From an uncultured Trueperaceae bacterium (GTDB lineage: Bacteria > Deinococcota > Deinococci > Deinococcales > Trueperaceae), in the NCBI GenBank assembly GCA_963799485.1, contig CAWCXJ010000007.1:416001-480000 (forward strand): a stretch of DNA of 64,000 nt, written 5' to 3'. Made by a program: the position numbers and the translations under genes. Under the pieces are notes generated by a model. The model ran no database searches, had not been told where the DNA came from, and worked only from the letters and a program-made list of their open reading frames with translations. Position 1 is the first letter of the stretch; each line of letters opens with the position of its first letter. This document shows, piece by piece, positions 1 to 10,088 of this stretch.

Positions 1-1
1 G

Positions 2-919
2 CAGGCGTTTGCTCGAGCGGCGCACGCGCGTGGTGCAAAAGCCTTCGCCGGTGACGCGAGCAGCCTCGCTCCGGCGCTCTATAAGGCCGACGGCGCGTTT
101 CGGTTGCCGCCGGTCAAAGCTGAAAGTTACGTCCCTGAACTGCTCGAGCTGGTTTCCGCACATAACATCGGCCTCATCGTGCCGACGATTGACACCGAAC
201 TCGAGGTTTTGTCTACCAACATTCAGACCTTCGCCGACGCCGGCTGCCGGGCGCTCGTCTCGAGACCTGCTTTCGTCGCCCTGAGCGGCGATAAATGGCT
301 GACGCAAAGGGCGTTTGCCGAACACGGTATCGACGTGCCGCAAGGCTGGACGGTGGACGAACTCGGGGGCGCAGCCCTACCCGAACAGCTCTTTCTGAAA
401 CCGCGCGACGGTTCCTCGAGCCGTGACATCTACCGCGCCACCCCCGACACCCTGACGAGCATCCTCGCCCGCGTGCCGAACGCCATCGTGCAGGAAGAGC
501 TTTCCGGCCCTGAAATCACCATCGACGCGCTTATCGGTTTTGACGGCAGACCGCTCCACTACGTCCCGCGTGTCCGCATCCGCACCTTAGCCGGTGAGTC
601 GATCCAGGGCGTGACCATCGCCGACGATGACATCCGGGAGTGGCTGGGTCGGTTGCTCGAGGCTGCTGCCGAACTCGGCGCGCGCGGCCCGATTACCTTG
701 CAGGCATTTTTAACCGAACGTGGCCCGGTGCTAATCGAAGTCAACCCGCGTTTCGGCGGCGGTTTTCCGCTCGCCTACGCTGCGGGCGGACATTATCCGG
801 ATTGGCTTCTGGCGGTGTTGCACGGCGAAAGGCTCGAGCCCAGCCTCGGCGCGTATACGGTCGGACTCTACATGACCCGTTACAACGTCGAGCATTTTAC
901 AACCGAGCCGCTCTGGTGA
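2..919 (+). CDS. ATP-grasp domain protein (carbamoyl-phosphate synthase-like), 5'-partial
   Basis: Frame is open from base 2 (QAFARAAHARGAKAFAGDASSLAPALY...). Motifs LIVPTIDTEL, FLKPRDGSSS, QEELSGPEITID and EVNPRFGGG. Confidence 0.85.
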   Translation, partial: QAFARAAHARGAKAFAGDASSLAPALYKADGAFRLPPVKAESYVPELLELVSAHNIGLIVPTIDTELEVLSTNIQTFADAGCRALVSRPAFVALSGDKWLTQRAFAEHGIDVPQGWTVDELGGAALPEQLFLKPRDGSSSRDIYRATPDTLTSILARVPNAIVQEELSGPEITIDALIGFDGRPLHYVPRVRIRTLAGESIQGVTIADDDIREWLGRLLEAAAELGARGPITLQAFLTERGPVLIEVNPRFGGGFPLAYAAGGHYPDWLLAVLHGERLEPSLGAYTVGLYMTRYNVEHFTTEPLW

Positions 920-926
920 GTTTTCG

Positions 927-1619
927 GTGAACTCGGCACAAGCTAAACTAGGCGTCGTTCTCGACCTCGACGATACACTTTACTTGGAGCGCGACTACGT
1001 TAAAAGCGGGTTTCGGGCTGTGGCTGAAACCGCCGTAAAAGGCACGAGCGTTAGCGCAGACGAGGCGTTCAGCTTCCTCTGGAACGGGTTTTTGGAGGGC
1101 TCGAGGGGCTCGAGCTTCGACGCGCTGCTGAAACGTTACCCGGAACTTCAAAGTGACGTGGCGACGCTGGTAAAGCGCTACCGAGAACACCTGCCCGACA
1201 TCAGCTATTTGCCGGGAATCGAACCGCTTTTAGCTGAATTGCGAAGCTTAAATGTCCCGCTCGCCGTGATTTCAGACGGGCCACTCGTCAGTCAGGAAGC
1301 CAAGGCCGAGGCGCTCGGCGTGTCCCGCTACGCCGCCCCGGTTGTCTTGACCGACGCCTGGGGGCAAGCTTTCTGGAAACCGCATGTGCGCGCGTTCGAG
1401 CACGTCGGTGAGGCGTTCGGTTTACCTCACGAAAAGCTTGTCTATATCGGTGACAACCCGCTTAAAGATTTTCACGCACCCACGGTTCTCGGCTGGCGGA
1501 GTGTGCGGCTGCGGCTGCCCGAACAGGTGCGCGAAAAACTGCCGCACGACGCTGTGCCACCAACCTGGGAAGTCGGGTCGGTTGAAGAATTACGCTGCTG
1601 TCTTCTCGCGCTGCTCTAA
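927..1619 (+). CDS. HAD-superfamily hydrolase
   Basis: Motif I DLDDTLY, motif II ISDG, KP, motif IV YIGDNPLKD. Confidence 0.88.
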   Translation: MNSAQAKLGVVLDLDDTLYLERDYVKSGFRAVAETAVKGTSVSADEAFSFLWNGFLEGSRGSSFDALLKRYPELQSDVATLVKRYREHLPDISYLPGIEPLLAELRSLNVPLAVISDGPLVSQEAKAEALGVSRYAAPVVLTDAWGQAFWKPHVRAFEHVGEAFGLPHEKLVYIGDNPLKDFHAPTVLGWRSVRLRLPEQVREKLPHDAVPPTWEVGSVEELRCCLLALL

Positions 1620-1933
1620 AGTTCGCGCAAATCTTCTAGAACCTGCCAGCCTACACCGGGCGGCGTGGTCTCGAGCTTTTTCTGCAACACTTCAGCGAGC
1701 CACGGCGTCAGCCCTTCGGGATTTTCGGAGCGGGTCAGCACCGTAAACTGAAAGATGTGCTGCGTCGCGGCTAGGGTGCCGTCGTCGAAAAAGGTAAACG
1801 GGGGCCGCACTTCGTCCCACAACACGTGGATATCGGGCTCGAGCGTCCGGGGCAAGTAATCGCCCAAGTCGATGGCGGCGTCTTTTGGATACCAGATATA
1901 CCCCTGCAACAGCCGGGTCGCCTTTTTGCTCAT
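1616..1933 (-). CDS. DUF3208 family protein (Deinococcus-Thermus)
   Basis: RLLQGYIWYP...PPFTFFDDGT...ETTPPGVGWQ signature. ATG at 1933 overlaps the upstream stop. Confidence 0.75.
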   Translation of the reverse strand: MSKKATRLLQGYIWYPKDAAIDLGDYLPRTLEPDIHVLWDEVRPPFTFFDDGTLAATQHIFQFTVLTRSENPEGLTPWLAEVLQKKLETTPPGVGWQVLEDLREL

Positions 1934-2538
1934 GGCAAAAGCAGGTCGGGCAAAAGGTTTTGCCACGCAGCGGCAAAGCCGTCGTAAGTCTCGAGTAAAA
2001 GTCCCTTATACCCGAGCGCTTCGCACGCGGCGATGTTGTCCGGGTTGTCGTCGATAAAAACGGTTTCTTCGGGCGGACGCCCCAGCACCTCCGTAAGCGC
2101 CGCAAACGCCGCCGGGTCGGGTTTACGCACCGTGATTTCGTTGGAAAAGACGAAGTGCTGAACCCTCGCCATTCGCGGGTCGTCTCGCACCCCGTCACAG
2201 AGTACCTCGACGTTATTTGACAAGATACCGACGGTGTAGCGTTCGGGGATGCTCGCCAATACGTCGTACATCTTCTGCCGGTCAACGACCGAACCGAGAA
2301 ACACGTCACTGAATTCGGGTGCACTTAAAGAGCCACCGGCTTCGGTAAGGAAGCGCTCCGTAAACGTCTCGAAGCCGAACGCCCCCGCCTCGAAGTGCTC
2401 CATGAGCGGAAAATACACCTTGGCGACGTCGGTTTCAGCGACGTTGGCCCTGGCAGCCAAATTGCGAACAGCCGACGAGTCGAACGTACCCTCGGTAAAG
2501 ACGCCGCCCCAGTCGAAGGCGATAGCGGTGATAGACAT
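1930..2538 (-). CDS. HAD family phosphatase
   Basis: FDWGGV, LSNN, KPDP and FIDD motifs. Confidence 0.88.
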   Translation of the reverse strand: MSITAIAFDWGGVFTEGTFDSSAVRNLAARANVAETDVAKVYFPLMEHFEAGAFGFETFTERFLTEAGGSLSAPEFSDVFLGSVVDRQKMYDVLASIPERYTVGILSNNVEVLCDGVRDDPRMARVQHFVFSNEITVRKPDPAAFAALTEVLGRPPEETVFIDDNPDNIAACEALGYKGLLLETYDGFAAAWQNLLPDLLLP

Positions 2539-2602
2539 GCTTCAAGATACCTTACGCAGCGTTTTGTGTTGTGGATTTGTGTCGTGGACTCGAGGGTGCG
2601 CG

Positions 2603-3397
2603 CTAAGCTTGCGCCCGTTGGCGGTAACGTGTCGTGCCCTCTTTCTTGTACCACGCAAAGAATGTGAGGATAAACGGCAACCCGAAAGCTATCAACCCAC
2701 CGAGCTTCATCAGCGCCCCGCCCATCGTCTGATCCATCCGTGCGTCGCCGAACATCACCTGTGGCGCGTTGGCGTAGGTTGGGTAGAGCGCGTGGTCGGC
2801 AAAGGTTACGGCGGCAAAGACAGGCAGCTGCGCGACAGGCAGTAAAAAGAGGTAGATGAGCGCCCCTGCGTGCGAGAGACGCGGCAGCTCGGGTAGCGGG
2901 CTCAGCAGCGGCCACCAGAGCAGCAGCGCGGTAAAGAGGAACAGCGCGTGTTCGGTGTGGTGAACGAGCGAGTTTGCCAGCGCGCCTTCGTAGATGACCG
3001 GAATGTGCCAGAGCGAAAAAAACAGGCTGAAGACAAAAAATGTAACGACGGGGTGGGTCAACGTCTTGGCGACAGGTTTGAGGCGGGGGTGTAACAGCGG
3101 ACGCACGAGCCAATCCGGAAGGCCGCACAGCAGCAAAATCGGGACCACGTAGGCGAGCAGCATGTGCTGCACCATATGGGCGCTGAACGAGTACAGTTCG
3201 GACAGATCATGAAGCGGCGAGCTGTCGGTCAGGTAGAGCAAAACGACCGCGCTATAAAAGTAAAAAGCTTTACGGCGAGAAAACGCCGTGCCCGGTGCGT
3301 AACGCTGCCGCAACGGGCCGGTCAGCAAAAGATACACGAGTGCCAGCGTGACGAGCCCACCGACTAAAACAGGATCGAAAACCCAGCGTCCGGTCAT
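2603..3397 (-). CDS. ctaG: caa3-type cytochrome c oxidase assembly factor (CtaG-like)
   Basis: FSAHMVQHMLL, WHIP and DQTMGGALMK motifs; multi-TM; last gene of the cox operon. Confidence 0.85.
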   Translation of the reverse strand: MTGRWVFDPVLVGGLVTLALVYLLLTGPLRQRYAPGTAFSRRKAFYFYSAVVLLYLTDSSPLHDLSELYSFSAHMVQHMLLAYVVPILLLCGLPDWLVRPLLHPRLKPVAKTLTHPVVTFFVFSLFFSLWHIPVIYEGALANSLVHHTEHALFLFTALLLWWPLLSPLPELPRLSHAGALIYLFLLPVAQLPVFAAVTFADHALYPTYANAPQVMFGDARMDQTMGGALMKLGGLIAFGLPFILTFFAWYKKEGTTRYRQRAQA

Positions 3398-3399
3398 GA

Positions 3400-4575
3400 T
3401 CAGGGTAGATTCAGAGTCTGACGGAGTTCGTAAACTTGTTGTGAGCTGAGCCCGGCGTCACGTTGCGCGGCAATATCCTGGGGCGTAAAAGCCGGATAGT
3501 CGGCGGGCATGGCGTCGGCGTTCCCCCAGTCGCTGAGGATGTAGTTCAGAACGTTCGCCAAGTCGTCGTCGGAAAGCTGTGCCCACGCGGGCATGACACC
3601 GTTATACACTTGTCCCTCCGCGTTGATTTCGCCTTGTAAACCGTAAAGTAGCAGCTTTTCCAGGTAATCTCGTCCACCTTCGGCGTTGGCTAGTTTGGGC
3701 GCGTGTCCGACGAGCGGCGGAAAAGCTCCTGCCACGCCCTGCCCGGTTGCCTGATGGCACGCGGCACAGTTGGCTGTGAAAACGCCTGCACCGGCGCTGA
3801 TGTCGGCGTCTGCCAGCAGCGGACCACCCCCGGCGTTGCCTGCGGGGGCGGCGTTCTGCGCAGCTGCCTGCGTGGGTTGGGCAGGTTGTGCTGCTTGAGG
3901 GGTCTGTTGAGACGCGGCGGGCTGCTGCGCCGTCGGTTGGGTAAACGGGTCGGGGAGCGTGACGGCGGCGGGCGGGGCTGCTAGCGGAATCCCGGCAGGT
4001 GTGCGTTTGCCGCGGCTGGTCGCTGCCAGCTGGGTGGGCCCGCCACTATCTACAACACTCATACCCGCCAAAATTTGACCTTCGGGGGCAAGGTCGATGA
4101 CGCTGACATCGAGCGTTTTAGGAGCCGGATACTCGAAGCGGTGCGCCATCGTCGGCTCGGCTCCGGCGTCGGACGCTTCGGTCTCAGCCTGAAGCTGCTC
4201 TTCTTGCTGCGGCGTTTGGGCCGCTGCAACACTCCGAACGGTGAAGAGCGCGGAGAGGGCGAAAAGGGTACCGACGGCGATAACCATGCCAGAGGTGAAA
4301 AAGCCTGTAAAAGTGCGGTCGTCTTGTTTCAGGTGCATAAAAAACATTACCACCATCACGAACTTCACAACTGAAAGGCCGATTAACAATAGCAAGATGG
4401 TGCTGCCGCTCAGCCCCGCAAACCAGATATCTTGGTACTCGACCAAAGCGAACTCGAGGTAGGTGATCGCGCCCAAAACGAGCGCGATAAAGATGTAAAA
4501 CAGGACGCTCGAGCCCTCGTGCTTATTATGTGCGTCGTCGTGCCGTGCTTGATCGTTTTTGGTATTCTTGGCCAT
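3400..4575 (-). CDS. Cytochrome c oxidase subunit IV fused to a c552-like cytochrome c domain
   Basis: N-terminal 3-TM domain with KFVMVVMFFMHLK, then a Q/A/P-rich linker, then CAACH...GAFPPL...YNGVMPAW. Confidence 0.82.
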   Translation of the reverse strand: MAKNTKNDQARHDDAHNKHEGSSVLFYIFIALVLGAITYLEFALVEYQDIWFAGLSGSTILLLLIGLSVVKFVMVVMFFMHLKQDDRTFTGFFTSGMVIAVGTLFALSALFTVRSVAAAQTPQQEEQLQAETEASDAGAEPTMAHRFEYPAPKTLDVSVIDLAPEGQILAGMSVVDSGGPTQLAATSRGKRTPAGIPLAAPPAAVTLPDPFTQPTAQQPAASQQTPQAAQPAQPTQAAAQNAAPAGNAGGGPLLADADISAGAGVFTANCAACHQATGQGVAGAFPPLVGHAPKLANAEGGRDYLEKLLLYGLQGEINAEGQVYNGVMPAWAQLSDDDLANVLNYILSDWGNADAMPADYPAFTPQDIAAQRDAGLSSQQVYELRQTLNLP

Positions 4576-4691
4576 AACCTTCTCTACAGCTCCCTTTATG
4601 TTGCAAAAAACGTCAACATCATCTTGGAATGTGCGTGCTAGTCAGCAAAGCTAAGACTGAGTGCGTTCTCGACCAGATGACACCTGCTGTC

Positions 4692-5321
4692 CTAAATAAA
4701 CTCGACCAGATAGACCGCCGTAAAAATGACGATCCAGACAATATCGACGAAGTGCCAGTAGAGTCCGGCAATCTCTACGCTCAGCGCGTCACGTTCGGTC
4801 ATGGGGCGGATGTACGACAAAATCAGCAGTGACAACAGCCACAGCACCCCGACGGTGACGTGAACACCGTGCGTGCCGGTCAGGGTAAAAAAGGTGCTGC
4901 CGAACAGGTTTTGCTGGAGCGTCAAGCCCTCGCGGACGAACTGACGGAATTCGTAAACCTGAAAGCCCAGGAAGATCGCGCCGAAAAATGCGACGCCGAA
5001 CGTCCACAAACGAAACTTGGGGATGTCGCCCAGGCGGATGGCGTGGAGCGCCAAAACCATTAAAAAGCTCGACATCAGCAGCACAAAGGTGCTGACGGTC
5101 GTCAGCGGGATGTCCAGCACTTCGGCCGGATACGGCCCCGTGAGGCTGCGCCCGTTGTAGACCAGATAGGTCCCGATGAGCGCCGCAAAAAACATACAGT
5201 CGGAGGCCAAGAAAAGCCACATCATCAGCTTACGGTCGGAGAGCGGGGTACTGCGGTGTTCGGCACGGTGTTCAACAGGGTGTTCGTGTGCCGGTGTTGC
5301 CCCTTGTGCTTGACTGCTCAT
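4692..5321 (-). CDS. ctaE: Cytochrome c oxidase subunit III
   Basis: MWLFLASD, FFTLTGTHGVHV and GLYWHFVDIVW. Confidence 0.93.
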   Translation of the reverse strand: MSSQAQGATPAHEHPVEHRAEHRSTPLSDRKLMMWLFLASDCMFFAALIGTYLVYNGRSLTGPYPAEVLDIPLTTVSTFVLLMSSFLMVLALHAIRLGDIPKFRLWTFGVAFFGAIFLGFQVYEFRQFVREGLTLQQNLFGSTFFTLTGTHGVHVTVGVLWLLSLLILSYIRPMTERDALSVEIAGLYWHFVDIVWIVIFTAVYLVEFI

Positions 5322-7294
5322 GATTGCCCGCCTAAAGATTTTTTGGGTTTGATGTAAGCGAGACCGGTACCGCGACGTTCGCTCGGGCGTAGCCGCACGT
5401 AATGACCACCGACGCCTTCAAACGCCCACGCGTAGATGCAGAACGCGATAAATGCAACGCTGAGGCTGCCCAAAAGCCAGTTGTGATAGACCGCCGCCAT
5501 CCCGCCGACAAAGAGCCCGACCGAGGCTAAAAACGGAAACCACGACTGACCGGGGATATGCACGAACTCGTCCTCGTCGTCGGCTGCGTTTTGGAAGGCG
5601 GGTTCGTCGTCGGTGCTTTCGGACAAGTCGTCGCGTTTTTCGATGAGTTCGGGATGTTTGGCGTGCCACACCGGGTCGCGGTCTCGGACGATAGGCAGGT
5701 CGCCGAAATCGTAGTGCGGTGGGGGCGATGAGATGCTCCACTCGAGCGTCCGTCCATCCCAGGGGTCGTCACCCGCTTCTTTGCCGCTCCTTATATCGCG
5801 CAAGAGGCTGAAGATAAAGAGCAGTACCCCGGCACCCAAAACCAGCACGCCGACAGACGACATCAGGTTATAAAAATCCCACCCCAAACCTACGTCGTAG
5901 GTCTGCACGCGGCGCGGCATCCCTAACAGCCCCAAGAGATGTTGCGGAAAAAAGATCAGGTGAAAGCCGCCCACGACGAGCCCGAATACCCATTTGCCGA
6001 GCCGTTCGCTGAGCATCCGGCCCGTCATTTTGGGGAACCAGTAGTAGATCCCGGCAAAAAAAGACAGGAGCGCGCCGCCGCCCATCACATAGTGAAAGTG
6101 TGCGACGACGAAGTACGAATCCTGCGCCTGCGCGTCGAACGGCGGCACAGCGAGCATGATGCCGGTAATCCCGCCGAGCGTAAAGGTCACTAAGAAGGCG
6201 GTGGCAAAGAGCATCGAAGTGGTAAACCAGATGCGCCCGGCCCACATCGTCGCCAGCCAGTTGAAAATCTTGACGCCGGTGGGAATGGCGATAACAAAGC
6301 TGGCAATTGCAAACACCGAGTTCGCCATCGGCCCCATCCCGGTTGTAAACATGTGGTGGCTCCACACCGCAAAACCCATAAAACCGATGAAGATACCCGC
6401 CAACACGACCATCGGGTAACCGAACAAGGGTTTACGCGAAAAGGTCGGGATGACCTCGCTGATAATACCGAAAGCGGGCAAGATAACGATATAGACCTCC
6501 GGATGACCGAAAATCCAGAAGAGGTGCTGCCACAAAATCGGCAAGCCGCCGCCTTCGGGGTTAAAAAAGAGCGTCCCGAACGACCTGTCCATAACGACCT
6601 CGAAGAGCGCAATCGTCAGCGGCGGAAAGGCGAAGATGACCAAGAACGCGGTGACGAGCATCATCCACGGAAACAGCGGCATCCGCATCATGCTCATGCC
6701 GGGTGCGCGCATGTTGATAATCGTAATAATCAGGTTCATCGCCGTAACCAGCGTGCCGATACCGCTGATCAGCAGGCCGACCATATAGAAGTCGATACCT
6801 TGACCGGGGTTGTACGTGGTTTGCGTCATCGGCGCGTAGGCGAACCAACCGGCGTCGGGCGCGCCGCCTAAGAGAAAGCTCGAGTAAAAGAGCAAACCGC
6901 CCGCCAGATACGCCCAGTAACCGAACGCGTTAAGTCTTGGGAAAGCCAGGTCTCTGGCACCGATCTGCAGCGGTACAAAATAGTTGGCAAACGCCGTACC
7001 GAGCGGCATAACCGCAAAAAACACCATCGTCACGCCGTGGACGGTAAAGAGCTGATTGTAAAAGTCGGGGGAGACGAGTTGCTGGTTCGGCGCGGCGAGT
7101 TGCGCGCGGATCACCGCCGCTTCGATGCTGCCGAGCAAGAAGAAACCGAAAGTTGTCACAAAGTAGAGAATCCCTAAACGTTTGTGGTCGACGGTGGTGA
7201 GCCAGCTCCAGATACCGGTTTCCCACGTCGGGCGTTTGAGCAGCGCACCGGTTTCAGGAGAACCGTGCGGAACAGGTTGTCTGCCGATGGACAT
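5318..7294 (-). CDS. ctaD: Cytochrome c oxidase subunit I (A1-type)
   Basis: WIFGHPEVY, WSHHMF and VVAHFHY haem/CuB ligands. Confidence 0.97.
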   Translation of the reverse strand: MSIGRQPVPHGSPETGALLKRPTWETGIWSWLTTVDHKRLGILYFVTTFGFFLLGSIEAAVIRAQLAAPNQQLVSPDFYNQLFTVHGVTMVFFAVMPLGTAFANYFVPLQIGARDLAFPRLNAFGYWAYLAGGLLFYSSFLLGGAPDAGWFAYAPMTQTTYNPGQGIDFYMVGLLISGIGTLVTAMNLIITIINMRAPGMSMMRMPLFPWMMLVTAFLVIFAFPPLTIALFEVVMDRSFGTLFFNPEGGGLPILWQHLFWIFGHPEVYIVILPAFGIISEVIPTFSRKPLFGYPMVVLAGIFIGFMGFAVWSHHMFTTGMGPMANSVFAIASFVIAIPTGVKIFNWLATMWAGRIWFTTSMLFATAFLVTFTLGGITGIMLAVPPFDAQAQDSYFVVAHFHYVMGGGALLSFFAGIYYWFPKMTGRMLSERLGKWVFGLVVGGFHLIFFPQHLLGLLGMPRRVQTYDVGLGWDFYNLMSSVGVLVLGAGVLLFIFSLLRDIRSGKEAGDDPWDGRTLEWSISSPPPHYDFGDLPIVRDRDPVWHAKHPELIEKRDDLSESTDDEPAFQNAADDEDEFVHIPGQSWFPFLASVGLFVGGMAAVYHNWLLGSLSVAFIAFCIYAWAFEGVGGHYVRLRPSERRGTGLAYIKPKKSLGGQS

Positions 7295-7296
7295 CG

Positions 7297-8400
7297 TTAC
7301 CTCCCGGCCTGAACGCGCGCAGCGAGTTCGGGACTGTTACCTAAACTCTCCAAGTAGGCGACCAGCGCGGCGATCTCTTCATCACGTTTGGGGTCGTCAG
7401 CGGCCCACAGCGTCGGCATATAGTTGCCGGGTTTGAGTTCTTGCGGGTTGCGGAGCCAGTTTGTCAGGTTCTCTCGCGTGTTGTCGGCAACCCCTGCTGC
7501 GAGCGAGGTGCGAATCCCGAAATTCGTCAGGTTGGGGGCCTTTTCGCCGTAAGCGTAGCCTTGAACCGCGTGACACGTCGCGCAGCCTTTGGTTTTGAAC
7601 AAGGCTTGACCGGCAGCAATCTGCGGGTCGGGGGTTTGCGCTTGATCCTGTTGTGTTTGAACCATCTGCGCCTCGTCGGGCTTAAAGAGCGCCGTCCAGG
7701 TCTCGAACTCGGCGGCGTCGCTGGCGATGACCCGGAAGCGCATGTACGCGTGCGCGCCCAAACACAGCTCGGCGCATTGGCCCCGGTAGAGACCGGCTTC
7801 GTCGGCCTCGAGCCAGAGCTGATTGGCCTGGTTGGGAATCAAGTCGCGTTTCCCGGCAATTCTCGGTACCCAAAACGAGTGCAGCACGTCACCGGAGTTG
7901 AGGTTGAGGACCACCCGCCGCCCGGTCGGGATGTGCAGTTCGTTGGCAGTGGTGATCCCGAGTTCGGGGTATTCGAACTCCCACCACCACTGATACCCCG
8001 TGACGTTGACAACGAGGTCGTCTTGGGTGGGTGTTACGCGGCTTTCGGTACGAAAGATGAGGCCGACGGTCGGGACGCCGATGATGACCAGAATCACCGC
8101 CGGCGCAGCCGTCCAGGTGGCTTCCAACCACGCGACCCCGTGAATCTGGTCGGGAACCGAACCGTCGTCGTCGCCGCGCCTGCGGTACCTGATAATGGTG
8201 TAGATGAGCACACCCGTGACAACGGCAAAGACTCCGGTCGCTATCCAAAAAATAAAGATAAACAGGCTTTCTTGACTCCGCGCCACCGGCCCGACCGTAT
8301 CGAAAATCGATTGGGGGCCGCTGAGCGCGCAGCCGCTGAGCAGTCCAGAGAGACCCGTTAAAAGAAATGCCAGCCGGGGTGGTCGTTTTCGCTTACCCAC
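7297..8400 (-). CDS. ctaC: Cytochrome c oxidase subunit II with C-terminal cytochrome c (caa3 type)
   Basis: Lipobox LLSGC; GYQWWW; CuA motif DVLHSF...CAELCLGAHAYM; CATCH haem motif. GTG at 8400 follows AGGAGG. Confidence 0.95.
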   Translation of the reverse strand: MGKRKRPPRLAFLLTGLSGLLSGCALSGPQSIFDTVGPVARSQESLFIFIFWIATGVFAVVTGVLIYTIIRYRRRGDDDGSVPDQIHGVAWLEATWTAAPAVILVIIGVPTVGLIFRTESRVTPTQDDLVVNVTGYQWWWEFEYPELGITTANELHIPTGRRVVLNLNSGDVLHSFWVPRIAGKRDLIPNQANQLWLEADEAGLYRGQCAELCLGAHAYMRFRVIASDAAEFETWTALFKPDEAQMVQTQQDQAQTPDPQIAAGQALFKTKGCATCHAVQGYAYGEKAPNLTNFGIRTSLAAGVADNTRENLTNWLRNPQELKPGNYMPTLWAADDPKRDEEIAALVAYLESLGNSPELAARVQAGR

Positions 8401-8531
8401 GTATACCCTCCTGCACACGAAAATTAAATACAATCTGTCCTTCAATCTAGCACTTTCAGAGAAGGCTTGACTAGAGCAGCTTCGTCCTGGCAGGAACCGG
8501 GTTGTGCGTCTGTAACTTTTTTTCTCCGGTG

Positions 8532-10019
8532 CTAAGAATTACCCCGGTAGCTGACCGCCTCGGCGAGGTGCGCTTCGCTCAAGTCTGCGCCGCCGCCGAG
8601 GTCGGCAATCGTCCGGGCGACGCGCAAAAGCCGGTCGAAACCGCGCCCGGACAAGGCCAGCTGTTTGGCAACGGCCTGGGCAAATGCGCCCGCGCCGGGT
8701 GAAAGCGCAGCATGTTCGCGCAGCGCCGTGCCGCCGAGTTCGGCGTTGGGGACGCCTTGTCGCGCTACTGCACACGAGCGCGCGGCCTCGACCCGCGCCT
8801 GAACGACGCCGCTGGCTTCACCGGGGGGCGCGTGCAACAGCTCGTTGGGGTTTAGGCGCGGCACATTTAGGCGCAGGTCGATACGGTCTAGGAGCGGCCC
8901 GCTGAGGCGCTCGCGGTAGCGCTGGCGAAGTACCGGCGAACAGGTACAGGGTTTCTGGGCGTCGCCGTAAAACCCGCACGGACACGGATTTTGCGACGCG
9001 ACGAGCATAAACCGGGCGGGGAAGGTCAGCGCGGCCCTGGCCCGGCTGATCGTGACCACACCGTCCTCCAAGGGTTGCCGTAAAACCTCTAACACACGCC
9101 TCGAGAACTCCGGAAACTCGTCCATAAAGAGCACGCCCCGGTGCGCCAAAGACACCTCGCCCGGCCGCGGGATGTTGCCGCCGCCGATGAGACCGGCGTC
9201 CGAAACGGTGTGGTGCGGGCTGCGAAAAGGCGGGTACTGCATCAGGCCGCCTTGCAGGGTTCCGGCGCTCGAGTGAATCCGCGTCACTTCGGTCGCTTCG
9301 CCCCGCGTCAGGCGCGGCATGATGCCCGGCAAGCGCCGCGCCAGCATCGTTTTGCCCGAACCGGGCGGGCCGGAAAGGAGCAGGTTGTGTGCGCCCGCTG
9401 CGGCGATTTCCAGCGCACGTTTGGCGGCGCTCTGAGCTTTGATGTCGGCTAAATCCAGGGCGTCAACGGCAACCGGAACGGCTTCAGGAACGGTCGGCGT
9501 CAACGTTCCACGGCCCTGTAAAAAGGCGACGGCTTGCGTGAGTGTGGTGGGGGCGTAGACCTCGAGCCCTTCAATCGCAGCGGCTTCCTGCGCGTTTTCG
9601 GGTGCAACCAATACTCTTTTGATTCCGGCCTGAGCTGCGTAAAGTGCCACGTTGATGACCCCGCGCACCGGCCTGAGCGCCCCGTCTAGCGCAAGTTCAC
9701 CGACGATGAGGGTGCGCTCCAGGGCTCGTTCTTGAATTACACCCTGCGCCAACAAAATTGCCAGCGCGATAGGCAGATCGAACGCCGGGCCTTCTTTGCG
9801 AACATCCGCCGGGGCCAGGTTGACGACGATACGTGTTGCGGGAAAGGGCAACCCGGCGTTGCGGATGGCTGAACGTACCCGCTCACGCGATTCCTGTACG
9901 GCGGTGTCGGGTAAGCCGACGATCATCATCCCCGGCAGGCCACCTGCAACATCGACTTCGATTTCTACCTTGTAGGCGTCTACACCCAAGAGGGCGGCGG
10001 CGGTCAGTTTGGCGAACAC
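8532..10019 (-). CDS. comM: YifB/ComM Mg-chelatase-like AAA+ ATPase
   Basis: [42 protein letters not shown] and NPCPCG. Confidence 0.93.
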   Translation of the reverse strand: MFAKLTAAALLGVDAYKVEIEVDVAGGLPGMMIVGLPDTAVQESRERVRSAIRNAGLPFPATRIVVNLAPADVRKEGPAFDLPIALAILLAQGVIQERALERTLIVGELALDGALRPVRGVINVALYAAQAGIKRVLVAPENAQEAAAIEGLEVYAPTTLTQAVAFLQGRGTLTPTVPEAVPVAVDALDLADIKAQSAAKRALEIAAAGAHNLLLSGPPGSGKTMLARRLPGIMPRLTRGEATEVTRIHSSAGTLQGGLMQYPPFRSPHHTVSDAGLIGGGNIPRPGEVSLAHRGVLFMDEFPEFSRRVLEVLRQPLEDGVVTISRARAALTFPARFMLVASQNPCPCGFYGDAQKPCTCSPVLRQRYRERLSGPLLDRIDLRLNVPRLNPNELLHAPPGEASGVVQARVEAARSCAVARQGVPNAELGGTALREHAALSPGAGAFAQAVAKQLALSGRGFDRLLRVARTIADLGGGADLSEAHLAEAVSYRGNS

Positions 10020-10088
10020 CCCGTTAGTCTATGAAAGCCTGACGGGGAACGGGATGAAAAACCCTGCAGTGTTCTGGGCCGCCTTTAA

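Noticed and set aside
7441..8361. 306-aa plus-strand ORF
   Set aside because: Antisense shadow of ctaC in GC-rich DNA; no motifs.
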